Assembly: GCA_016197005.1 (NCBI GenBank)
Contig: JACPWO010000004.1
Coordinates: 6,305-70,304, forward strand
Length of the DNA stretch: 64,000 bases
Source of the DNA: Candidatus Anderseniibacteriota bacterium
Lineage (GTDB): Bacteria > Patescibacteriota > Andersenbacteria > UBA10190
Direction of reading: 5' to 3'
A model generated the notes under the pieces. That model was not told where the DNA came from and ran no database searches. It was given only the letters and a program-made list of their open reading frames with translations. A program made the translations under genes and the position numbers. Positions 1 through 7,995 of the stretch are shown here, one piece after another (the stretch's first letter is position 1; each line of letters begins with the position of its first letter).

Positions 1-3000
1 GTCGATCACGTTGATGTAAAGGATTCTCAAGCATCATCAAATGACATTACTTGTCAGGCCTGTACGAATAGTGGTGGTAACGATAACGCGGAGGCATCCC
101 CTCATTGGGTATTCCAAGCTGGCGGCTCAATTACGGTAGCGGGAACAGTGTATTCTGATGAAGGATCAACTCCTTTAACAGGAGGAAAGACTGTCAGCGT
201 AGCAATTAATGGAGGAGTTGAAGCTTCGGGAGAGACAAATACAACTACTGGCGTCTATTCTATTACCTCACCGCCAACAACAGCTGGCGATGTAATGACA
301 ATATATTTAGAAAACGAAACAGAAGATGCGGTAACCGTAACCGTAAATGATGGTACCAATATGTCTGGAGTAGACCTGTATCAAAATAAGCTGATCACTC
401 GACATGATAATGCGGGTTCTCTTACCAATGCGAATCTATCTACGGCTCAGTTTGGAACTGGCGGCTCAACCGTGTTTAGTGATTTATTCACTACGGCTAG
501 CGATACGGCGCTTCTCTCTCACGCCCCAAATACTGGTACGAGTTGGACAAAGCTTCTTTCCTTCGGTAATACCACGGTCAATAATCTGACCGTAAAAGCA
601 GCGGACTATTTACAACGAGGAGGTGGTTCTGGGGCAGTAAATACCGGCTCTCTTTACACAGCCAACGCAACTTACCCTAGTGCCAATTACGAAGTAAGTG
701 TTCAGCAGGTTCAAGCTCAACCAGACGATGATTATAGTTCAATAGCTGCTCGCATTCAGGATGCTAATAACTTTTACGTATTTTGGTGGAGTGAAGGGGG
801 GGGTGCCCTGGGAAAAGTAGTGAGCGGTGCTTCCTCAAGCTTAGGCTCTACGGCAGTGTCTATCGCAGATGGAAGTATCGTAAAATTGCGAGTCGAAGGG
901 ACAAGTATACAGGTGTATGACGACAGCACGCTCCTCATTGATGCGACTGATAGTAGTATTACCGCTGCCGGAAAAGCTGGGGTTGGAATGGGGGCACTAA
1001 AGTCTAATCTCTTGCCTTCCGCTGACTTAACGTTGCAACGAGTTGATAGTTTCTCAGTAAAAACAATTGGTGAGGACGATATAACAGCAATCTATTCGGT
1101 GACAAACGGAGAACTTACGATGGTTAGTGGTAAAGAGCTTTTGGTATGGGGTGGTGATACATTTGCGCCAGGCGGTAAGATAAATGTTGATGATATTGAT
1201 ATCAACGGAACACTCACTTTGAGTTCAAACACTGCTAAAGTGAGTGGTTCGTGGGATGCGACAGGAGGATCATTTACGTCTTCTGGTAATGTTGTGTTTA
1301 CCTCTCCTAGTGATGAGACAATCATATCTGACGGTGATGCATTTAATAACGTGTATATAAATGACGGCTTAATTGGTTACTGGAAAATGGATGCTGGCAC
1401 TGGCACAACCGTTGTTGATTCCAGTGGGTATGGGTTTAATGGCACATTAACAAATTCTGCGGGTGGATGGACATCGTCTGCACCGTCAGTGAATTTTACT
1501 GATCCGTATGCTCTCGATTTTGACGGAACAGACGATTATGTGGATATAGCTGATACTGATACTTTAGATGTTGGCCCTACTGCTGATTTTACGATTTCGG
1601 GGTGGTTCAACCGAGATACATTCACAACAATGGACACAATCCTAGCTAAAAAAGAAAATACTGCTACAACACCAGGATATTTACTTTACATTCACGATAC
1701 ATTGGATGTGTTGGGATTTAAAGTTGCTGACGGTCTTACTGCATACAGCGTAACGTCAACCAGTACATTCACTTCAACTGGCTGGAATCATTTTGTGGTG
1801 GTCTGGGATCAAGATAGTTCGGCAAATACAAAAATGTATATCAATGGGGTTGCTGAGGGTACACCTAGCGGCACAATTGGAAATGTTGGTGACCTTAGTA
1901 ATTCATTGAGTTTACGATTTGGTACTGAATCTGACGATGGTAATCCATTTGATGGTAAACTAGACGACATCCGCATATACAACCGTGTCCTCACGGCGCA
2001 AGAAGTAAACTCTTTAGCCGTTGGCAATCAACCCGCCACCGAAAACACTGCTGCCTCTGAATTCACCCTTGAAGATACACTGGATGTCAACGGCAATCTT
2101 GTCCTTAACTCCGGAGAACTAGATACCAAATCCGGTGAAGATAACAGTATTACCCTCGCCGGTGAGTGGCATAACAACGGCGGTAAGTTCACTCCTAGAT
2201 CAGGAACGGTGACGTTGGATGGATCTTCTTCCTCGCAAGAAATACAATCTGGTGGTCAGAATTTTAACAATCTTACGGTGTCCGGTTCAGGAGGATGGAC
2301 GATGCACGATCGGCTTGAAGTGGATGGCGCCTTTGCCCAATCAGCCGGTACATTTTCAACGAGTTCAAGTAACTACAATATTCAGAGTGGCGACTGGGAT
2401 CAAACCGCCGGAACATTTAACCCCAACTCCTCTACCGTCACTCTCAAGAGTTCATCCAATCAAACCATTAACACTGATGACCCCTTCTACGATCTCCAGG
2501 TAGAAGACCCAACCCCGGCCAACCTCCTCGGTTACTGGAAGTTTGATGAAGGTCAAGGAACGTCAGCTTTTGACTCTTCCGGCAACGCTAGCACTGGTAC
2601 GCTTACTAATACTCCCCTGTGGACTGAAACCGTCAACTCTACTACTACCTATGACAATCCTTACTCTCTGGACTTTGACGGAACCGATGATTATGTCACT
2701 GCTGGCGACATTGCCGCCGTGGATACCGTCACCGCCTTAACCGTCTGTGCCTGGGTCTACCACGATACGGCCACAACTGATGACTCCATTGTATCCAAAA
2801 CTGCCTCGGCTACTCTCGCTACTGATGGCTTCATGCTCTTCCGTGATGATGTAGGCTCCGCCAGTGCTCGAACAGATACCTACAAATGGGGTGTTGGTGA
2901 CAGTGCTGATGGTGATTCGGTATATATTGAAGGCGCTACCAACGCCGGCACGGCCAGTGCCTGGCGTAATGTGTGCGGTACCTACACCGCCAGCAGTGCC

Positions 3001-3807
3001 ACTGGTCTGCGTCTCTACATTAATGGCGCTGAAGACGCCAACAGCCCCGCCAGTACCAGTAGTATTGCCGCCATTAACGGCGGTACGGCTGCTGTCCAAG
3101 TCGGTATGATTAGTACCAGCTCCATTCCTTTTGATGGAAAGATCGATGATGTGAGGATATATAGCTCCGCTCTCACCTCTACTCAGATTGCAGCTCTCGC
3201 CGCTGGCAAGTATGCCGATGGGAATACTTCCGTTGCTACCTTCACCCTCAACACCGCGCTTGATGTGAACCACGACCTCTATCTCCAATCTGGCATCTTA
3301 GATGTATCTGCTTCTAACTGTTCTTCAGCTTCCTGTGCTATCACTGACGCTCGCAACTGGAACAACTACGGCGGTACGAGTTCCTTAACTGCTCGAACCG
3401 GTACCGTAACCCTTGATGGAACAGATCAATCCGTAAATGGATCAACGACCTTCTATAATCTCACAAAGAATGAGAGTTCGAACAACGCAACAGATGAAAC
3501 GGTGACGATGCAGATTAATCAGACAACGACGGTAAGTAGCCGGTTTACACTCGAAGGTCGGGATAGTGATGATCGCATTAATATTGTTAGCAGTTCGGCC
3601 GGCACGAAGCACACGATTGATGTAACAGCAGGTCAACAAGTTACCCACTGGGTTGATGTAAAAGATTCGCAATCTTCAACTTCCAATATTGCCTGTCAGC
3701 AATGCGTAAATAGCGGCGGAAATGATGATGCGGATGCTGCTCCTCATTGGTTATTTGGGGAGGGCAGTGGACGCAATCGCCTCGTGAGGGCTTTGGCAAC
3801 AGATTAG
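1..3807 (+). CDS. Giant secreted/surface protein with two LamG/concanavalin-A-like lectin repeats; 5' end lies outside the window (the reading frame is open from position 1)
   Basis: Frame 1 is open from nt 1 and in frame with the 148..3807 ORF. The motif ...DGTDDYV...DGK(L/I)DD(I/V)RIY...LT..(E/Q)(V/I)..LA.G... occurs twice (around aa 470-640 and 830-1030), which is a typical LamG signature. The motif VKDSQ.S..I.CQ.C.NSGGND.A.A.PHW is encoded both at nt 1-120 and at nt 3640-3760, implying a repeating module. The protein is rich in Thr, Ser, Gly and Asn. Confidence 0.6.
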   Translation, partial: VDHVDVKDSQASSNDITCQACTNSGGNDNAEASPHWVFQAGGSITVAGTVYSDEGSTPLTGGKTVSVAINGGVEASGETNTTTGVYSITSPPTTAGDVMTIYLENETEDAVTVTVNDGTNMSGVDLYQNKLITRHDNAGSLTNANLSTAQFGTGGSTVFSDLFTTASDTALLSHAPNTGTSWTKLLSFGNTTVNNLTVKAADYLQRGGGSGAVNTGSLYTANATYPSANYEVSVQQVQAQPDDDYSSIAARIQDANNFYVFWWSEGGGALGKVVSGASSSLGSTAVSIADGSIVKLRVEGTSIQVYDDSTLLIDATDSSITAAGKAGVGMGALKSNLLPSADLTLQRVDSFSVKTIGEDDITAIYSVTNGELTMVSGKELLVWGGDTFAPGGKINVDDIDINGTLTLSSNTAKVSGSWDATGGSFTSSGNVVFTSPSDETIISDGDAFNNVYINDGLIGYWKMDAGTGTTVVDSSGYGFNGTLTNSAGGWTSSAPSVNFTDPYALDFDGTDDYVDIADTDTLDVGPTADFTISGWFNRDTFTTMDTILAKKENTATTPGYLLYIHDTLDVLGFKVADGLTAYSVTSTSTFTSTGWNHFVVVWDQDSSANTKMYINGVAEGTPSGTIGNVGDLSNSLSLRFGTESDDGNPFDGKLDDIRIYNRVLTAQEVNSLAVGNQPATENTAASEFTLEDTLDVNGNLVLNSGELDTKSGEDNSITLAGEWHNNGGKFTPRSGTVTLDGSSSSQEIQSGGQNFNNLTVSGSGGWTMHDRLEVDGAFAQSAGTFSTSSSNYNIQSGDWDQTAGTFNPNSSTVTLKSSSNQTINTDDPFYDLQVEDPTPANLLGYWKFDEGQGTSAFDSSGNASTGTLTNTPLWTETVNSTTTYDNPYSLDFDGTDDYVTAGDIAAVDTVTALTVCAWVYHDTATTDDSIVSKTASATLATDGFMLFRDDVGSASARTDTYKWGVGDSADGDSVYIEGATNAGTASAWRNVCGTYTASSATGLRLYINGAEDANSPASTSSIAAINGGTAAVQVGMISTSSIPFDGKIDDVRIYSSALTSTQIAALAAGKYADGNTSVATFTLNTALDVNHDLYLQSGILDVSASNCSSASCAITDARNWNNYGGTSSLTARTGTVTLDGTDQSVNGSTTFYNLTKNESSNNATDETVTMQINQTTTVSSRFTLEGRDSDDRINIVSSSAGTKHTIDVTAGQQVTHWVDVKDSQSSTSNIACQQCVNSGGNDDADAAPHWLFGEGSGRNRLVRALATD

Positions 3808-3839
3808 CCGTTAAGGCTCTTTTGTGATACTAGGAAGCC

Positions 3840-6572
3840 ATGGTTAAGAAGGCGAAGATTGCTCTCATTGATGCTAACGCGCTCATCCACCGCGCGTATC
3901 ACGCGTTGCCACCTATGAGCACAAAAGATGGGCTCCCAACGCATGCGGTATTTGGTTTTACGAGTATGCTGCTCAAAATGTTTACTACGCTGAAACCAAC
4001 CCATGCTGTGGCTGCCTTTGATGTGAAAGGAAAAACATTTCGACACAAGAAATTTGCTGCGTATAAAGCCCATCGTAAAAAGACACCAGAGGACCTTATT
4101 GAGCAGTTTCCGATCGTAAAAGAAGTGCTGGCTGCCTTTGGTATTCCTATTATTGAAAAAGCTGGGTATGAGGCTGATGACATTATTGGAACGCTCGTAA
4201 AACGGATCGATGGTAGTACCAAGAAGATTATTGTCACCGGGGACAAAGATGCACTCCAGTTGGTGGACCAACTGACGAGTGTATTTACCTCTAAGCGTGG
4301 GGTAACAGATACGATTCTGTATACGCCGGAACTAGTACGAGAACATTTTGGCTTTGGGCCAGAACATATTGTTGATTACAAAGGACTACGTGGAGATCCC
4401 TCGGATAATATTCCAGGAGTAGCTGGGGTGGGAGATAAAACGGCCAAAGACGTGATCATTCAATTTGGGTCGGTAGAAAATATTTATAAGCATTTAGATG
4501 ATATTCCCGCTCGAGCGAAGAAGCGCTTAGAAGGGAAGCAAAAAGAGGCTCTTTTGAGCAAAGATCTGGCAACGATAGATAGAGATGTTCCTATATCTTT
4601 TCAGCTACAAGATGCTTCTTTAGATAGATATAATCCCACTGCCATTCAAGACCTATTTGCTCGTCTCGGGTTTCGCAGTCTCATGCAGCGCCTTCCTCAG
4701 CAGGCTCAAAGTCAGCCCACACTCTTTAGTAAAGGAGCAGCAATAAATGTAGTTACGTTGCCAGAAAATTATCATCTAGCGGCAACTGAAGAAGAAAAGA
4801 AAGAATTGCAGAAATTGCTTCGAAAACAAAAGTTTATTGCATTTGATACTGAAAATGATTCTCTAGGTGCGCGCATATATCCGATAGTAGGATTCAGTGT
4901 TGCCTTCCGGGTAGAAGGAAATATTCAGGCGTACTACGTCCCGGTTACTCGTGATTCAGTTAGAGAGTGGAAAGACATTTTAGAGGATCCGACCATTCAA
5001 AAGACTGGTCATAATATTAAATATGACATTGAAGTTTTAGCTCAATCGGGTATTCATTTGCGGGGTGTTGCCTTTGATTCCATGATTGCTGGGTATCTTT
5101 TAAGTCCAGGAACACGCCAGTACAACATGGACAGTATGGCAATGGAGGAACTAGGACACCGAACCATACCTATCATCGATCTCATTGGTACGGGAAAAGA
5201 CCAAAAAAAGATGTCAGAGGTTCCCTTACCTGAGTTGGCGCGCTATGCGGCTGAGGATGCAGATATAACACTACAGTTGTACGAGAAATTAGAGCCACGT
5301 ATTAAAAAAGAAGGACTAACGAGGGTTATGGAGGAAATTGAAATTCCCCTGATTCCGGTTCTTGTAGCATTAGAACTCAATGGTGTGGCAGTCGATACAA
5401 AAAAGTTGTCCGAACTTCAAAAAGTGGTCTCGCACGGGATCAAGAAATATGAACAAGAAATATGGAAAGTAGCGGGGTCAAAATTTAACATAAATTCTAC
5501 TCGTCAACTTCGGGAAGTGCTGTATGTAAAGCTCAAGCTTCCAACGGTTGGTATAAAGCGGACACAATCAGGGTTTTCAACTGCCGCTCCAGAGCTTGCT
5601 AAGCTCCATGGGACGCATGAGGTTATTAACTATATTGAGCATTACCGTGAACTGACGAAACTTAAGAATACATATATCGACACATTGCCGGAGTTAGTCG
5701 ATAAAAAAACAGGCAGAATTTACGGGCAGTTTAATCAGGTGGTTGCGGCTACCGGACGTCTTTCCTCCCAGGATCCAAATTTACAAAATATTCCGGCCCG
5801 AACGGAGCTTGGGCAAGAAATTCGTACTGCATTTATAGCCGCCAAAGGAAACGTGCTCGTTAAAGCTGATTACTCACAGATTGAGCTGCGGCTCGCAGCT
5901 CACATGTCGCAAGACGAAAAGATGCTGCAAGTATTTCGTGACGGCGGAGATATTCATCGGGCTACAGCCGCTTGGGTATATGGCATCGAGCCAGAAAAAG
6001 TTTCTGATCAACAGCGACGACAAGCAAAAACCCTTAATTTCGGTGTGCTGTATGGTATGGGCTCAATGGCCTTCGCTAGGGCCGCTGATATTAGTGTTGA
6101 AGAAGCCCAGTCTTTCATTGGTCGCTATCGCGAGCAGTACAATAGGCTCACGGCATACATTCAAGAGATACTGACCTTTGCATCCGAACATGGCTATGTT
6201 GAGACGCTTCTAGGTCGCAAGCGATACGTCCCGGAGCTTGAATCTAATAACCCGCAGGTACGGGCCGCTGCTGAGCGCGCTGCGTTCAACTTTCCCCTGC
6301 AAGGCACTGCAGCCGATATTATTAAGAAGGCAATGATTGAACTTCAACGAGATATTGAGAAAAACTTTCCTGATGCCAGGATGGTCTTAACAGTGCACGA
6401 CGAACTGGTGGTTGAAGTGTCCGAAAGGAAAGCAACAGTGTTTGCTAAGACGATGAAGAAAATAATGGAAGAGGTAATAACACTTGATGTTCCACTTATT
6501 GTTGATGTAGCGAAAGGGCGAAATTGGCGAGATATGCAGCCAATCAAAAATGGTAGAAAAAGTGACAAGTAA
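3840..6572 (+). CDS. polA: DNA polymerase I (5'-3' exonuclease, 3'-5' exonuclease-like and polymerase domains)
   Basis: 910 aa. The N-terminal 5' nuclease region reads GDKDALQLV. The polymerase motifs RLSSQDPNLQNIP, ADYSQIELRLAAHMS and VHDELVVE are present. Confidence 0.95.
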   Translation: MVKKAKIALIDANALIHRAYHALPPMSTKDGLPTHAVFGFTSMLLKMFTTLKPTHAVAAFDVKGKTFRHKKFAAYKAHRKKTPEDLIEQFPIVKEVLAAFGIPIIEKAGYEADDIIGTLVKRIDGSTKKIIVTGDKDALQLVDQLTSVFTSKRGVTDTILYTPELVREHFGFGPEHIVDYKGLRGDPSDNIPGVAGVGDKTAKDVIIQFGSVENIYKHLDDIPARAKKRLEGKQKEALLSKDLATIDRDVPISFQLQDASLDRYNPTAIQDLFARLGFRSLMQRLPQQAQSQPTLFSKGAAINVVTLPENYHLAATEEEKKELQKLLRKQKFIAFDTENDSLGARIYPIVGFSVAFRVEGNIQAYYVPVTRDSVREWKDILEDPTIQKTGHNIKYDIEVLAQSGIHLRGVAFDSMIAGYLLSPGTRQYNMDSMAMEELGHRTIPIIDLIGTGKDQKKMSEVPLPELARYAAEDADITLQLYEKLEPRIKKEGLTRVMEEIEIPLIPVLVALELNGVAVDTKKLSELQKVVSHGIKKYEQEIWKVAGSKFNINSTRQLREVLYVKLKLPTVGIKRTQSGFSTAAPELAKLHGTHEVINYIEHYRELTKLKNTYIDTLPELVDKKTGRIYGQFNQVVAATGRLSSQDPNLQNIPARTELGQEIRTAFIAAKGNVLVKADYSQIELRLAAHMSQDEKMLQVFRDGGDIHRATAAWVYGIEPEKVSDQQRRQAKTLNFGVLYGMGSMAFARAADISVEEAQSFIGRYREQYNRLTAYIQEILTFASEHGYVETLLGRKRYVPELESNNPQVRAAAERAAFNFPLQGTAADIIKKAMIELQRDIEKNFPDARMVLTVHDELVVEVSERKATVFAKTMKKIMEEVITLDVPLIVDVAKGRNWRDMQPIKNGRKSDK

Positions 6573-6599
6573 GATAATTGTGGTATGGTGAAATGATCG

Positions 6600-6905
6600 C
6601 AAGAGGCGGTCATCTGTTCATTCCGCCAGGCATGCATTGAAGCATGCCTACGCATCCTTATTAACCCGGGAGTGAATCCCGATGTGGTTTCGAGACTTTG
6701 GAAGTAGGCACTTTCGAAAAAGATCCTCACGAATGCACTGGCGCAGGAAGTATCATTGCCGTCGAATGATACGGGGAAGGAGGTGGTCCTAAGCTCTACG
6801 GCGTCTCCCCAGGTGGATGGGAGTGACACCAAACTTTGTTTAGCCCGAGGCGCCTATGCGCTGAAACCACTTAGGAACTCTAGGCAGTCTGTGCGTTCAC
6901 AGGCT
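6600..6905 (+). ncRNA. Structured intergenic RNA candidate; identity unresolved (tmRNA, RNase P RNA or another sRNA were considered)
   Basis: There is no plausible CDS in this region. Perfect hairpins lie in series: GGCGG..CCGCC (6602-6625), AGGCATGC-ATTGAA-GCATGCCT (6628-6649), CGGGA-GTGAA-TCCCG, GTATCATT-GCCGTCG-AATGATAC and GGGGA...TCCCC. A long-range CCTAAG/CTTAGG complement is present. The region ends in an intrinsic terminator. Confidence 0.35.
6867..6905 (+). terminator. Rho-independent terminator (12-bp stem AGGCAGTCTGTG/CACAGGCTGCCT followed by a T-rich tail)
   Basis: A perfect stem with one G-U pair and a CGTT loop is followed by TTTCTCTTACTCT on the + strand only. Confidence 0.6.
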
Positions 6906-6914
6906 GCCTTTCTC

Positions 6915-7946
6915 TTACTCTGAAAATTTCTCAGCACAGGCGTTTGAAGCTTGGACTTGTTTATTATATTGCTCGATTGTTTTTGCCAGTGCTGTTGAGC
7001 CGCTATTTAACTGGTTGACCTGGTCATTGTATTTCTTTTGCTCTACTTCGTATGTAGCTGCTTGTTTATCTGCTTCTAAGCGCAATTGCTTTCCTTCCTC
7101 TTGGAGCTGCTTTCCTTTATCCCAGTGTGGTTGCGCCTGATCGGTATTACCTGTTTCTTCATATACGTGGTTTCCCTTCTCGATTTCTGCATTCCCTTCT
7201 TCTATCTTTCTGGCTGCTTCTTCGAATAGTTGTTTAATTTCGTTGCTGCGAACAGTCAGATAAGCGGAGCTGGTTTTGAGTTCTTTATCTAATGAATCCA
7301 GTCGTGCTCTTTCTTTATCAATGGTGGTTTTAAGTGTTGGTTCAGGTAACGGGCAGGCCGAGGCGGGAGTGGCAAATGTTTGGACAGCCAGCCAAGTGTG
7401 ATCGCCTTCAAACATCCCTTGCCCAACCGCAATACCAATTTCCGTAAAACCGGCCGATAGCATATTTGCCCTATGTCCGGGTGAATCCATCCACGCTTGT
7501 ACCAGCGCCTGATCAGATTCAAAGTTTCCGAGGGCTAAGTTTTCGCCAACACGGATGTACAAGTAGCCAACGCCTTCTACTACTTCAGCTGGGCCTTCGC
7601 CCGTTGGCGATTGGTGTTCAAAATATTGTCTGGCAAACATATCCTCCAGCTTATTTTCTGCTGCCATATCAAGGGTAGTATTGCGAGTAAGAGCTTGTTT
7701 GCCGTCAGCTGTCCGGTGTTGGTTAGTAAACGTAAAAACCCCGTCGGCGGTAAGAGTAGTTTGTTGTTGACTGAAGGGGCCACGAAGTGGAGGCGGAGTT
7801 ATGACCTCACGAGAGAGAGGAAGAAGGCTAGTCCCTGCTTCAAAATCTTTTAACAACTCACCAACATTACCCTGGTAGTAATACCAGCCTAAGACTCCAC
7901 TTCCGCCGAGAATAAGGAGAAAGGCAATAAGAAGACGAGAGCTCAT
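6915..7946 (-). CDS. Membrane-anchored CAP/SCP/PR-1-like domain protein with a C-terminal coiled-coil region
   Basis: An N-terminal TM helix is present. The motif ...QAWMDSPGHRANMLSAGFTEIGIAVGQ... is typical of bacterial SCP/CAP (YkwD-like) domains. The C-terminal 120 aa are lysine, glutamate and glutamine rich with heptad-like spacing. Confidence 0.5.
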   Translation of the reverse strand: MSSRLLIAFLLILGGSGVLGWYYYQGNVGELLKDFEAGTSLLPLSREVITPPPLRGPFSQQQTTLTADGVFTFTNQHRTADGKQALTRNTTLDMAAENKLEDMFARQYFEHQSPTGEGPAEVVEGVGYLYIRVGENLALGNFESDQALVQAWMDSPGHRANMLSAGFTEIGIAVGQGMFEGDHTWLAVQTFATPASACPLPEPTLKTTIDKERARLDSLDKELKTSSAYLTVRSNEIKQLFEEAARKIEEGNAEIEKGNHVYEETGNTDQAQPHWDKGKQLQEEGKQLRLEADKQAATYEVEQKKYNDQVNQLNSGSTALAKTIEQYNKQVQASNACAEKFSE

Positions 7947-7995
7947 AGATTAAGTGTATTGGTTTTCGTGCGCTTGAAACAATATAATTAGCTTA

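Noticed and set aside
2737-3288. 183-aa minus-strand ORF inside the LamG gene
   Set aside because: It is a Gly/Thr/Ser-rich mirror of the sense-strand repeat protein. It has no independent start context.
3804-4271. Two minus-strand ORFs (155 and 115 aa) antisense to the 5' end of polA
   Set aside because: They overlap a high-confidence polA CDS entirely, have no motifs and show biased, low-complexity composition. They are typical antisense shadow ORFs.
6600-6905. Assignment of the intergenic structured RNA specifically as tmRNA (the 5' GGGAGTGAATCCCGATGTGGTTTCGAGAC resembles the tmRNA 5' GGGG...GGATTCGAC)
   Set aside because: I could not find a 3' tRNA-like T-arm plus ACCA complementary to the 5' end, nor a resume codon plus ...ALAA-stop tag frame on either strand. 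RNase P P4/CR motifs are also absent. It is kept as an unresolved ncRNA candidate only.
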